A stretch of 63,596 nt of DNA, the filler included, from Octopus bimaculoides (taxonomy: Eukaryota), in NCBI RefSeq assembly GCF_001194135.2. It is 6 parts of 6 records of this genome, joined end to end, with 100 filler letters (N's around TTAATTAATTAA, not from the genome) between each part and the next. Parts side by side here need not be neighbours in the genome. Positions count along the whole stretch, not along the records: positions 17,938 to 45,397 come from NC_068983.1; 5 more parts are not named here. One strand, 5' to 3'. The notes under the pieces were generated by a model. That model searched no databases. It was not told the origin of the DNA and saw only the letters and a list, made by a program, of their open reading frames with translations. The position numbers and the translations under genes are program-made. Positions 24,557 to 38,761 of the stretch are shown in pieces. Numbering within the stretch: the first letter of the stretch is position 1; every line of letters starts with the position of its first letter.

Positions 24557-27258
24557 GCGCACATATTACTCAGTGTGCATCTGCTGTTGCATACATGTTT
24601 ATTTGTATGTGTGCACAGAATTTCCAATCATTCCGATCAATCTATTTTTTACGGAGATTTTCTTAAAGCCGTCAACTCATGAAATATTAATATTTGTCCG
24701 GATCAGACACCGTAATTTGTCCATGGTCAAGCAAATTAACTTCATTTCTGAAGTCTTTAACACCGGCAGTCAAAGTTAATTATGTATGGAAAACACAAAG
24801 ATAATTTACTATATTATCTGGTGTCTGTAAATCAAACTGCAGACCAAAGTGTTAAATCCCATACGATCAATTTTGGTTTTAAATATATTTCTAAATGAAA
24901 GTATTGTGTGGGACAAGTGACCTAACGTGTATAGAAACAGATATTGTATGTATGTATGTTAGTCGGCGTGGCTGTACGTTAAATATAGTGTGCTTATGAA
25001 CCACATGTTTCCTAGTTCAGTTCTTCTGCTTGTTGTCTTCAACAGGTGCCTTCTATCATTGCATCGAGCTGACCAAAACATTTTGCGTGGATTTTGTAGA
25101 GGGGAAAATGGAAGTACACGTCATATATATACCCGTCGAGGCTAACAGCAAATACCACAAACACAAGACCCTCTATAGGAATGAGGAAGTAGCTTGGACT
25201 TATGAGCTGTTGTTTTGAATGTTCCTCAAAAAGTATATAAAACAAATCTGACGACAAACATTTCCACAACGGGAAATTTCAAAAAAAAAAAACGTATACC
25301 TTCTATATCAAAATCACATCTCTCGGAAATCTGCTTGCATGTAAACATTTTACTAACTTTTCTGTATAAAAATATGTTAATATGCAAAATGCTTGTTCAG
25401 TTGCTTGTGTACTGTCATTTGAAAGACAAGGTTAGCTTCAGTTTGGATTTGAACTCACGAAACAAAAATACGAGAAAATCTTTCTGAGGACTTATAAAAT
25501 TCTCCTAATTCATGTTTTTCTAGTAACATGATTCCAGACAGAATTATAAGAGCTTCAGGTGTACTGAATTTGTAGTTTTAAAGTCCAATGTCAAAATTTT
25601 GTCGTTTTTCCAGTGATGATAAAAATTATGACTCTTGTATACTCATATCGATTTATTCATAAATTTCATTGTGCCAATACTAGAAGTCTACATTTTAGCA
25701 ACTAAATAGCAGTCCTTTGACAGTCACTCAAATACTGAAATAAGAAAAAAAATGTTCTGCAACTATTTAATTATGGGCTTACAAATTTTAACATCAATTA
25801 CGTCTGATGATACCATTTCCCACTTTCAATCTAGGGTTGATAAAGTTAAGTTTTATTGAAGGAGACAAAAAAATGGGTCATATAATCGACTACGACTGTA
25901 TTATAATGTGTGGCCTGGTGCCAATGTCTACAATGTATATTAATTTAGTAAAGAAGTCACACGTCATCAGTGATCTGTACAGTGTGTTCCGCCAATGGAT
26001 TCTGTAATTTAGTTTTTCGATCTGTTAAGCACGGCTATGAATTCATTTGAAATATATATCACTTAAGCACCTTTAATTGTATGTGTTCCTATAATGCATC
26101 TATATTTTCAATTCAAAATATACGATATTGTCTAATCGAGAGAAAACGAAAAGAGAAAATAATTAACGCTACGAGCACACACAGACACACACAATTCTAT
26201 AAATATGAATGTGCATATGTTTATATGTATGAATGCAAATATACATAAATATGTATATGTGTGTATGCTTACACACTAATACAGACACACATACAAAAGC
26301 ACATGCATACACATATATATGCAAATTATACTTACGCGCATATAGTGGCATAAGCGTACCTATGCAAGGTTGCACACTAGCGAAGAATACATTCATTCAA
26401 ATGTAGACAGTGTTTTACTGGGAATCATTTTGAATAGGTGAATGAAGTGTTAGTACAGATTTAACATTTAATTCTATAACAATATTCTATACAGAAGTCA
26501 CATATACGCGCAGAAAATGTAGTATTAGATATTAACTAAATTATCAAGTTGTTTTATACAATAATAACCTGATACAAGTATTGTGTACATAAAATTCAAT
26601 TGTGTATGTATAATAGAATACAATAGTTATCGGATATATGTATGCTTAGTTAATATTCAGTGGCTGGTTTCAACTGAACTGAGACATTGGTCTTCTATAT
26701 TCATATTTGTATACGTTTGCTTTCTATTTTAATTTTCCCTCTCTTTCTCTCTCTCTCTCACTCTGTCGATATATACATACATATATGTATATATGTATAT
26801 ATATATATATATATAATTCGTTAACAACGAATGATTATATAAAATTAAATTTCTCTGTTCATTGACGTAATGATATATGGTATGTTGATCTTTCTCATTC
26901 CATAAGCAACTGTTTACATTCTTCCTCTCAATTAATAAACGTCGTTTTTATCTCTCTGTCTACCTACCTCTCTACCTATCTATCTACCTGTCTATCTATC
27001 TACATCTACATCAATCTATTTATATAAATATAAAAATGAATATAAATATTTATATATTCATCCACGTATCTATGTATGTGTCAATGTATCTGCCTTTCTC
27101 CCTCTCTACCATCCACATAGACAAAGAGGCACACACACACATGCACATACACGCACGTATATATATGTTTATATAGAAAAGTGAGATGATTCTTAATATA
27201 TAGTCTTTATATTTTATCATAAGCAGCTGCTATGTAAAACATTTCACCAATTTTTCAG

Positions 27259-27299
27259 GGAGTTGCTTCATCAAAGAAAATGAAGAATTGGGAAAATAT
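27259..27299 (+). CDS. Candidate micro-exon (41 nt; xSCFIKENEELGKY or GVASSKKMKNWEN)
   Basis: TTTTTCAG acceptor and AT|GTAAGC donor in repeat-poor DNA; no homology recognised. Confidence 0.2.
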
Positions 27300-29940
27300 G
27301 TAAGCAAACATATTCGTCAATTCTTCGAATTGCGATTATTTAGCCTGTATAAACTGCACCTATTTATAAACTGCCAGAGATGTCTGACTGCAGGGCATGA
27401 ACATTTAAACTATAGAGGGGATTATAATTTCTAATATTCCGATTCAGATTTTTGCCGAAAACATATATATGATGGTTTCTTTTTCACTTTTCGTCTAACG
27501 ACTGCACTCACAAGGCTTTTGTCGTTTTGTCGGTTCGAGACAATAGAAGAAGACACTGAGCCAAAGTGCAACGCAGTGTGACTGAGTCCGGAACCATGTT
27601 GTTTGGAAGCAAATTTCCTACCGCACCATCTACTAGAGGATTGTTAATATTTACGTAAATATACTGAAACTTTTCATTTACTTTACTTCACAGGATAACA
27701 AAGCATTATTCTACAAAGAGAAGTGACGTTTTAATGCTAGAAATTATGGAAGCTCAATTATCTACACATACTCATCCTAATTCTCTCTCTGTGTCTCTCC
27801 TTCTCTCTGTCTATCTCTGTCTCTCTCTCTGTCTCTCTGTCTCTCTCAGTCTCTCTGTCTCTCTCTCCTGGTTTAATATATATTTAGGTTGGAAAACAAA
27901 ACTGTCTTAACCTTAAAACAATGCGTGTTCATGTAATGATCAATCTTATCATCTGTCGTCAATCATCAGTCCAGTAGATTTATTTCTTTGATTCTTGTGG
28001 TGTTTATAGGTATTTGTAATACCGTAGAAAAGGCCTATCGTATGAGCCATTATCAATGTTATATGTCTTCTGTCTCTAATTGATGAATATATAAACAATA
28101 ATGAATTAGATTAAGTCATTATAAATGACACATTCTAAATTAATCAACCGAGTATTTCTGATCTTTGTCTGTCGGAGAAATATATATCCTATTATGTTAT
28201 GTTTTAATGTGAAGCAAACAAATGGATTTACTGAGTTCTTCCATTGATACTTATTGACATTATTCCATCCACAAGCTTATTAAAGTATTCTATTTCTCAC
28301 TAATGTTTAGATAATAAAAAGTATCCCCTAATTGATCGAATGTAAACCTTCGATTAGTCAGCAGCCTGGCCTTCTTTATACTTTGCACACGATGTGGAAG
28401 GCAGGCAAATATCATATAATTTTTCATACAAATACCCGAATATATCACATATATTGAATTTAACAAATGAGTCGAGGGATCTTTGATTCATTGTCTAAAG
28501 TTGTATGGGAAACGAATTAAATTGATATCTAAATATATATCGATGAGTTTACAAATATTTTTCCTAATACATCGATGCGATTCTGAGGTAAAACGGTATT
28601 GTTCCAAATTCACATCTGATTTTTTTCATCTAAATGCTAAATACTTTTTCTAATTCAAAAGCAAAATGAATGTTTAGCGTCAGCATTGTTACGAAGTGAT
28701 GTTAAAACAATATGTCTGATAAGAGGAACAAATCTTGAGATACAAATACTTCAAAGGACGTTTTCCTCGTTACTTTTGTGCACTTTTAGAGCATAAATAT
28801 AAATATTGTAGACAGAGTTAGGAATTATTTGTAAAATCGTTATAAAGTGATTCGTAAATTAACTGTGATATTCAAACGTTACATACTTCTGTGATGAGAA
28901 AGTATGCTATTTTAATTTCTATTTCAGTTGTAATATTAATAATACAATCAATATTTACAAACCACTATAAATCCTAAGCTGCCTTCTAGAGGGTGACAGT
29001 ACCTACGTTCGACTCAACTTCTCGTCAAAGGGAAAGACTAAAAGATTTTAATGCAGATAAATTTCAGCATGGAAGTTAAATAGATAAATTTACAAAGGAA
29101 AATATTCCGCGAAAAAAGATAAATCTTGTCGTTAAAAGCGTTGATCAAAATTTAGTTTGATTTAACTAGATCAAGAGATGAAAGTATTTTGAGTGGGCTT
29201 AGAAAAAATCAGTCTAGACTCTAGACTAATTATTCCTAAGCCCACTCATACTACTAGAGCGTCGAAGTATTTTTAAAGCATCATAAAATTATGTAAGTGC
29301 GGTTTTACTACAGAATTAACATGCAATTTACAGTCCCGTTTATATCTTTGCTTTCATTTGATATGCAATGATTCAAAGGTGCTCTACACATTTAATGAAT
29401 AGCGTGTCCTAAATGTTGACACACAGTGTATTAGTTGTTATTTCACAGGAAAAATTATTGATTATGTTTGTTTTAATAGAAAGCAAAGAGAAACAGTATC
29501 TTGATGTGTTTAACGACTAAAAGAAAACACAGGTTATATGCACATTTGTATTTCCGGGAGGACAATTTTATTTTGTTTCGCATTTAGTTTTGCAGCTAAT
29601 ATATTCCTCGACTTCGAAGATAAAGAAAAAAAAATCTAACAAAAATATGACGGAAATATTTATGGAATGACTTAAAACGGAAACCGTAAAAATGTCAGAA
29701 TTATGCTTCCATGATACAAGAACAGACAGAAAAAATTAAAACGATCATCATACCATATAAATGTAAAATTTTAAAGAAGAGATTATTCGTTATAGTCAAA
29801 AATATCTAAGTCGCCTTTAATAACTCCTATTTTCTTATTTATACAATGACAATACGAAGTTCAATGATAAAATATATGCATGCAAATCAATACGCACGGG
29901 ATTATGTTTGTATGTATATATATACGTATGTATGCATGTG

Positions 29941-29989
<49 letters not shown>

Positions 29990-30239
29990 NNNNNNNNNNN
30001 NNNNNNNNTAGTTTAGTCACCTACGATCCGAACATGTGACATATATATACGCGCGCGCGCGTGTTATATTGATGTTATCGTTGGATAGTCGGTGAACCTA
30101 AACTAGGTTCATCAGTCGTTTTAGTTCTGCTGGGAGTCTAGCAACCTGCCTTCTATGCAATCCTAGTTTAGTCACCTACGATCCGAACATGTGACATATA
30201 TATACGCGCGCGCGCGTGTATAAAGAGAGATAGATAATA

Positions 30240-30273
30240 GATGGATAGATAGATAGATAGATAGATAGATAGT

Positions 30274-30345
<72 letters not shown>
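30240..30345. repeat. (GATA)n microsatellite
   Basis: Direct reading. Confidence 0.95.
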
Positions 30346-30498
30346 ACCAACTCCTCCGAATAATACAGTTACCAATTGACACTGTCTCTGCCAAATTTTC
30401 CAGTGTCTCCACCGTAGCTTGTATAATCGGGTCGACCGACAGTCCCTTCCACTCTGAGCCGTCTGTTTTTGTGGCTTAGAGGATGCCCGCCTCCTTTT

Positions 30499-32110
30499 CT
30501 AATACAGTAGGAAACAAGGTTAAAACGTTCACTCCGACTATTACAATCCAAACTATAAGTTAAAAAAATGTTCTAAAGTTATAGACTGGATGATAAAACC
30601 CATCGCTAAGCAAGTTAAATCAAAATAAGTTCTGAATAATACATTCTCGTATCTTATCTCTCGATAAGAAAGCACAACTTAAAACCGCTGCTAAAGCAGC
30701 ACAAAAACAACTAACACTTTAAACAACAATAATTTTAACAGCAACATTAAACATTCACTACCATTCAGCTCACCTAAATGTACAACAAATTTACGACTCT
30801 GAACGACTCTACTACTACTGATATCCTACTATCATTGACGGTCAGACTTTATAGTGGCTTTGTCACGTGAGAAGTGTGCATCATTTTCAAAACACCCGAA
30901 AATAAGAAATAATGATACGGGAAATGATGGTAATAAAAATATAAATAAAAATCTATAGCCATGATAACGAGAGAAAGATGTCTAACCACAAGTACAACAA
31001 AGTAATGGATAATAACAATATACAACATTCTAATTATGTAAAGAATTATTGCAACGACTCCTGACCTTAATCAACTACTAAAATACTAGAAAAATAAAAT
31101 TAAACACAAAACATCTAATACAGTAGGAAAGAAGGTTAAAACGTTCACTCCGACTATTACAATACAAACTATAAGTTTAAATATAGTTCTAAAGTTATAG
31201 ACTGGATGATAATACCCTTCGCTAAGCAAGTTAAATCAAAAATACCAAGAATATTCTACGACGCACTAGATAATTTTTTTCCGGTAAAGAATAAATACCA
31301 TAATTTATATAATAAACAATGAATTCAAATCGCGTTCTTCAACTCTAAAAATTTAGTTCAAATTATAGGCGTCCACAACACCAAACAAACTGCGAAAGCA
31401 CGGAACAATAACATTATTAAGGTAAATAAAGATGAAGACCAAATGAAAGATAATTCAAATTTTAAAAACGATAGTAAAATGATTAATCCAAATTCTATTG
31501 AAACCAAAATAAAAATGAACAAAGGGAAACTACTCAGTTAAATAATTCTATAGATGCTACAACTAAAAGACAGGCATACTTGGGGACTAGAAGGAATAGC
31601 GACTATTATGAAAATAGCAATGATAGAGATAATCAACAAGAGTATAAAACAAACACAGATATAAAATCTCGTAATAACGACGTAGCATAGAAAATGTGAT
31701 TGCGCTAGAAGAGCAATGAAAATTTTAAAATAACTGTAAGGTAACAAATATCGTCTATATCTGTGTAGTCACAGCAGATACAAATAAATGTTAATACATT
31801 GGGGTAGCTTATGCTTTATAAAACACAGAATAGCATATTCTGAAAGTTCGTTTAGAAATAATACTAGAACATTTTCAACAAGTCTTAGCATGTTTAAATT
31901 GTAGCTCAAGGATGAAAATACTAAGTATTCATTAAAATGGGAAATTATTAGCCCTGCGAAACCTTATAAAGTAGGACACGAATGGTGAAATTTGTGCCTG
32001 AAGGAATGATACCAAACATTTACTTCCAAAAATTGATTAATTAACGCTAGACAAGAAAGAAGTTTCAATTGTTTAAACAAGCAAAGTTTTCTTTTTAAAA
32101 AAATTGAATA
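30499..32110 (+). mobile_element. Penelope-like element, C-terminal/GIY-YIG endonuclease remnant
   Basis: Frame-stitched WMIIPFAKQVKSKIPRIFYDALDNFFPVKNKYHNLYNK..SKNLVQIIGVHN..KCDC..CKVTNIVYIC..YIG..SSFRN..STSLS..LKDENTKYSLKWEIISPAKPYKVG..NLCLKE..LINARQE, matching the GIY-YIG region of marine-invertebrate PLEs; many stops. Confidence 0.8.
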
Positions 32111-32280
32111 ATAGAATGTATTAATTTATATAATTTCAATACACGTTTTTCTCTAAACATGACTATAATAAGTATAATCATAAAGACACATATAAAGACT
32201 ATACGAACAGAATTCAATTTAAATATTATATAAAATATAACCGAAAAACACTCTAAAATAATAAGTATTTTATGCTTTTA

Positions 32281-32410
32281 TATTCTAGGCACAAGGCCCG
32301 AAATTTTGGGGGAGGTGGGCCAGTCGATTAGATCGACCGCAGTATGCAACTAGTACTTAACTTATCGACCCTGAAAAGATGAAAGCCAATGTCTGCCTCG
32401 ACGAAATTTG
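32281..32410 (-). mobile_element. SINE family C, 3' fragment
   Basis: AGGCACAAGGCCCGAAATTTTGGGGGAGG..CAGTCGATTAGATCGACC. Confidence 0.7.
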
Positions 32411-32650
32411 GAAAACTTAAATGAAATGAAAGAATATTTGCATAATATTCAAATACGAGGGGCATTTTCCTTGTTTCTGCCTGTCTCTGTCTCTCTTGTT
32501 TACTTTTGTGGGTTCGAGGTCGTTGTGAATTCTTGGCAGGGAAGAAGAAGAAGAAGAAGAAGAAGAAGAAGGAGGAGGAGGAGGAGGAGGAGGAAGGAGG
32601 AGGAGAAGGGGAGAAGAAGAATATGGGAGTGCTATGAGAGTATATATATA

Positions 32651-32833
32651 TAGGTGTGAAAAAAATTCTGACTTTGGGTAAAAGAAATACAGGAGTATCA
32701 GTTAAGGATGATCATATTCAACATATGTCCCTCTCAGGTTCACACACATTTTTAGTGGACCACCAGTTTTTCTAAGCCCAACAAAAGTATTTCCAACCAG
32801 GACTTAAAGCCAGGAACGCTCCAGTACCCAGTA
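32651..32833 (-). mobile_element. Internally deleted mariner derivative (MITE-like)
   Basis: Minus strand GLEKLVVH*K..CVNLRGTYVEY (mariner C-terminus); both ends are degenerate versions of one terminal repeat (..GTTCCTGGCTTT / ..ATTCTGACTTT) at TA. Confidence 0.55.
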
Positions 32834-34703
32834 TATATATATAAACGTATACTTGTTTTATTTAATGGATGCAGCCATGGTGGGACATTGTCTTGAAGTG
32901 TTTAGGTGAAAAATTTTACCCAACACCTTGTTAAGAAGTCCAGTAATTATTCTACAGGACACTTTTGCCGAAACGCCAGGAAAGGGAGACGTAAGCCAGC
33001 CGACACGGTTCAAGGACAACAAAAAACGTAAACATATACATATGTAGCCTAAGAGACTTTCCCAAATTGCTCTGCAGTAGTCTGAACCCGAAATCATGAT
33101 GAGTACATGTATAACCAAATGTGCAAATATGAATCTATGGATATGTAAGGCTGTAAGGAAGTGTATCTACCTAAAAACATCTATTTAGATTAGTGTGTGT
33201 GTGTGTGTATTCGTAATGAGATGAAACAATGCTTGACCCATTGGAAATGAAATCTATACCCAGCGACTCTATTGTCATATATATTATAAACACAAAAAAC
33301 TACACTCGAATAAAGAAGAAAGCGTTGTTCATTTCCTTCAGTTTTAACTAGATTCAGGGCTGGTTATTTCCGCATCGTAGACAGCGAGAACCGTGTTTGT
33401 CAGACGAATAATTCGTTAGCAAAGACTACCATTATTTCTTTAATTGGGTTTCAATTCAAAAACCGAAAAGAAAAAAATTCTATTCTTCAGAAAAACTAAT
33501 CGTCCTCTCCTGCTAGATTTTAATTTTCTCTCCTACAATTAAAACGGCAATATATATAGCAACCCCACACACTTGTTGCAAGACGAGGTGTAGGAATGCG
33601 TTATATACATTAAATTATTAGACCTTAGTTCCAAGGACATAAATCAGTAATATTCAATACTGAAATAAATGTAAAACATATGAAGTAAAATATAAATAAA
33701 AGTATTAAATTATATTTCCCAGAATTATCTTCTCGTACGATTCGAAAATTAACGTTTACTTTTAGAACCTAAATCAAGTGAATTATACAAAGTTATATAT
33801 GTTTTATTATTTTTTCTTTTGTTTTGCACATCAAACTTTTTATTTTCAGTATTTAATTTGAGGTAGAATAAAGTATGGCATTAATTATAGGTCTGATAAT
33901 GATATATAGGCTGTGTTTTATAGAAAACGAAACGAAGAAAAGTTGCTAGGGTTTCCCACCATATCAAAATACTGTGTGCGCTTCAAATGTCTTTCGTTAA
34001 GATTTAAGAGAAAAGTTCATGAACGGAATGTATAGACGGAGCTGTCTTCCTTTATCAGACGAAAGTTTCGTGATTAACATAGATTATATATTGTATACTT
34101 GTTTATTTATGTATATATATATATATATATATATNNNNNNNNNNNNNNNNNNNNNNNNNNNNNNNNNNNNNNNNNNNNNNNNNNNNNNNNNNNNNNNNNN
34201 NNNNNNNNNNNNNNNNNNNNNNNNNNNNNNNNNNNNNNNNNNNNNNNNNNNNNNNNNNNNNNNNNNNNNNNNNNNNNNNNNNNNNNNNNNNNNNNNNNNN
34301 NNNNNNNNNNNNNNNNNNNNNNNNNNNNNNNNNNNNNNNNNNNNNNNNNNNNNNNNNNNNNNNNNNNNNNNNNNNNNNNNNNNNNNNNNNNNNNNNNNNN
34401 NNNNNNNNNNNNNNNNNNNNNNNNNNNNNNNNNNNNNNNNNNNNNNNNNNNNNNNNNNNNNNNNNNNNNNNNNNNNNNNNNNNNNNNNNNNNNNNNNNNN
34501 NNNNNNNNNNNNNNNNNNNNNNNNNNNNNNNNNNNNNNNNNNNNNNNNNNNNNNNNNNNNNNNNNNNNNNNNNNNNNNNNNNNNNNNNNNNNNNNNNNNN
34601 NNNNNNNNNNNNNNNNNNNNNNNNNNNNNNNNNNNNNNNNNNNNNNNNNNNNNNNNNNNNNNNNNNNNNNNNNNNNNNNNNNNNNNNNNNNNNNNNNNNN
34701 NNN

Positions 34704-34743
<40 letters not shown>

Positions 34744-35868
34744 TACATATATGTATGTATAAATGTATATATATATGTGTGTGCGTGTACATAAATATTC
34801 ATTATACATATATGTATATACATACATATACATATACATATATATGCAAACGCTTATGTATGTGTGTATATATATATATACATACACATGTATATTTACA
34901 TACAAACACCACTCACACACATATCTAGACACACATCTATATATACGTATATATGAACGTGTTTACGCACCAGCTAGATAAACAGAAGTATACATGTAGC
35001 TGGCTATATATAATGTTATATGAGCCAGGCCCTAACAGCTTACCAAGTATTGATTATAACATTATACACGCATCAGTTGTTGTCTACGTCGTCGAAAAGC
35101 GACGAATAGATATCTTCAATAAATTTGTACAGTTATCCAACACATAACAATGACAAAATAAATTAAAAGTTCCTTTTGTTTTGCTTCTCAACTTCCCGGA
35201 GCAAATGTTGTTTGTATGGTGCAGTAAAGATTTGTAGTGCCATTTTAACAAGGCGTGAAAAAAAAACCGAACAAAAACGTTCGTAGAATTCCGTTCAGTG
35301 ATTTTGGTATTGAACACAATTCAAGAAAAACGCTACAAAATTAAACACGGGAAACTAAATTCTCCAACACAGTAAATAACAAGAATATCCTGAGGTAAAT
35401 ACAGAGCCACAACTACATACATACACATACAAGCATACGCACTCACGCTCGCACACTCACATTCATACACACAAATACAAAATTCAAATAGGCTATCATT
35501 ATTGTTGAAAAAATAATGATACAGTGACCAGTAAACATAATCCAAACAAGCAAAATATATATCAAACGTGAGGTTTCAATATATACCTGTTTGCTTGAAA
35601 GAAGAGTTAAAATTCTACACAAGTCTCCTTTCAAGCAAACAGGCATATACGGTACCATGACTTTATCATNNNNNNNNNNNNNNNNNNNNNNNNNNNNNNN
35701 NNNNNNNNNNNNNNNNNNNNNNNNNNNNNNNNNNNNNNNNNNNNNNNNNNNNNNNNNNNNNNNNNNNNNCAGCTTCCTAGGGCTAAACGGCAGTAGTGTG
35801 TTCCCTTATTGGGATTGTCCCATTAAGTTGACAATATACTACAACTTTATATATATGTATATATATAC

Positions 35869-35899
<31 letters not shown>

Positions 35900-36703
35900 A
35901 TATCAGACTCAATATTAGGGAAGTAACCTAATTTAGAAGGGCGCCATTAAATAAGACTCCATAAAATAACTCTATTGTGATAATTGTATTTAAGCATGAA
36001 AATACAAATAAATGTCTAAATGTTTCCCTGCATTTATGTGTGTGCGAAAAATGCGTGTATGAAGTATATTTCATATTGTGTTCATATAAGTCTTAAAAAA
36101 TTAAATTGGATAGAAAGGTATAATCCTGCAGCTTTTTTGTTTAATCGACATGACGTCTTTCTGGAATATATTTCCTGTAGCATGATTCCATACACCATTT
36201 TCTTCTTGTTTCCCTACTGGTTATTTGCTTAATGTACATTCAACATATTCCAGTGTATTTTGTACAAATAATACATTGGGATTTCCAAGAATTTATTTCA
36301 TGCATTCGTTCGACAAAAATAATGTTAAAATATATATTGAATGTTTGTTTCTTGCATACTGTATATAGTACGCTTTCAATGGAGAAGCTTTTGTTCAGAA
36401 TATGCTATTTTTGTGTTCAATATGGTTTCTTTTGTCGATCCAGAAAGTATAGTTTAATTCGTCGATCCCCAAATTGCTCTCTACGTTCGAAGAATATAGG
36501 AAAGTATTGTTACTGATGTATTTTCTAAGGATACTGTTACATTCTCTAAGGAAATTAGCAGTGAATATAAACAGAAACATAGTCAGGAGGGAGTTTCCTA
36601 CCCAGCGCTCAATGTTTCACGCGGTTCATATTGTAAGATATAATATATGATAACGGCAATTGTATTAAATGCAATACTCTTTGAATAATATGAAAAAAAA
36701 TCT

Positions 36704-36711
36704 ACTACTAC

Positions 36712-36768
<57 letters not shown>

Positions 36769-36769
36769 C

Positions 36770-36800
<31 letters not shown>

Positions 36801-36823
36801 GTAATAATAATAATAATAATATT
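36704..36823. repeat. Compound (CTA)n/(TAA)n microsatellite
   Basis: Direct reading. Confidence 0.95.
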
Positions 36824-38405
36824 ATGGTCCCTCCTTTGTTAGCCACAGGGTCTATGATATATATAGAAAATATTACAAACATTAAATTTTGGTGCTTATA
36901 GAAATATGAATGGATTGAGAATCCAAAGTAATTCAGAAACCTCGGAAAGAATTAATCAGTGAATGTATTAAGCGATTTGAGAAAATCTTTGTGCACGCGC
37001 TCGTGTGTACGTGTGTGCGTGCGTGTGTATACAATAATTAAACCAACTTAAAATATAGAACATAAAAACGCCAACTGGGTAGATTTGTATACATAAATGT
37101 AAATTCGACCTGAATCTGTTCGAGGCTCCTCCAGATACAATTCGTTTCCCTCTGCTAACCCATATATGCCATGCCATATAATGCATATAGCGGATTAATT
37201 GCAAAAATGCTTTTGAGCAAGTTTTGTATCCGAGAATCGAAGAAAAATGTTACGTCCTGGCTGCAGTTTACAAAATAATGTCTATAGGTTTGCGAGAACA
37301 TTTTTGTATATATGCTGTCTTTAGAAACCTCTAAATTATCGGAGCTCACCTCTTTGCCAAAGTAAACCAAATAGTTACCTAATCATGTTATGTTTTTTGG
37401 GAATTCATCGCTTCTTACGGAAAGAATTGTGAATTTCATTTCAGTGAGGAAACTGTTGTGCTCCACCTCACACTTTCTATTTGCGTTACCGTTAGCAGTT
37501 CATTTATTTTCTGTTCGTGACCTTAGTTTCTCTTTACTGTCTGCTTTCTCCCTCTTCTTCATTATCACAAAGCATGGAAGCGAGAACAAGGTATTTCAAA
37601 TTCGTGGCTTTGAGCTGAACCCAATAATATTCTCTTCTGAAGCGAAGTCTCTCTCTGATTTGAGGTGACCTTTTAATTTTTCTTAATTTAATACAAAAAA
37701 TTTTTCTTAATTTAATACAAAAAACACTTAAATGATCATAATTTTTATGTGTGTGTCCTTTTGAGCTTCCAGCTCAAAACGAACAGTTACAATTCTTCTC
37801 TCAGGGTACACAATTTTGGGGGCATGACGTCTGTCCATCTGCTGTAGCTTGTTTACTGAAATGTGAACAAGAGCTCGCGGTTAAAGTCATTAGCAATGAT
37901 TTTTAACAAAATGTGGTGGGATCGATTTATGGTCTAGTGTGTTTGCAATAGATAGACATGTCTCTTTGCCTGTTCTTTAGTTCTAAGAACAATACACCCG
38001 GAGTTTTGTGCGCTGTATTGACGATTATGAGATCTTACTTCACTAATCAGCAACAGCACCATCTAATTGTGCAACGAGTTGTTCTCGCACTGGAAGGTTC
38101 AATTTCTTATTTCTCTCGTTTGACATATTTGAGTAGATATTCAATGTTGTCATGCGTTTGCTTTTCATCTAATTGCTGCATGCCTAGAATTTATCCGTTT
38201 GAAGTCATGAGTGCAATGGAATTGTAACTCCACAACTATTTCTTACGCTACTTTTATCTCTATACATGTAAGAGTGTGAAGGAAAATGCGTGCGTGCGTG
38301 TGTGTGTGTGAGTGTGTGTTTGTGTTGTGTGTGTCGCATTGTGATCGAGAAAGTGTTGTGGCTGATAATGAATGTCAGTCGTTTTACTAAACCATTTGTT
38401 GTTGT

Positions 38406-38761
38406 TGGCACTCCGTCGCTTACGACGTCGAGGGTTCCAGTTGATCCAATCAACGGAACAGCCTGCTCGTGTAATTAACGTGCAAGTGGCTGAGCGCTCC
38501 ACAGACACGTGTACCCTTAACGTAGTTCTCGGGGATATTCAGCGTGACACAGTGTGACAAGGCTGACCTTTTGAACTACAGGCACAACAGAAACAAGAAG
38601 AGATGGTGGTGAACCCTGCTGTACTCTGCCACCATCCCCTGCCGGAGACTCGTTGAGCTTTAGGTGTTTTCGCTCAATAAACACTCCCAACGCCCGGTCT
38701 GGGAATCGAAACCGCGATCCTATGACCGTGAGTCCGCTGCCCTAACCATTGGGCCATTGCC
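38406..38761 (-). mobile_element. tRNA-derived SINE family A (internal deletion)
   Basis: Minus-strand head GCAATGGCCCAATGGTTAGGGCAGCGGACTC..GGTTTCGATTCCCAGACC (A and B boxes); homologous to 41963-42340. Confidence 0.85.

Noticed and set aside
30009-30219. ~55-bp exact direct repeat (30009 and 30165)
   Set aside because: The first copy begins at a gap edge; most likely an unmerged contig overlap. The same applies to 56788 and 56870.
33350-33420. FRAGYFRIVDSENRVCQ resembling the papain-family GYFRI motif
   Set aside because: The flanking WG and catalytic residues are absent and the donor site is weak.
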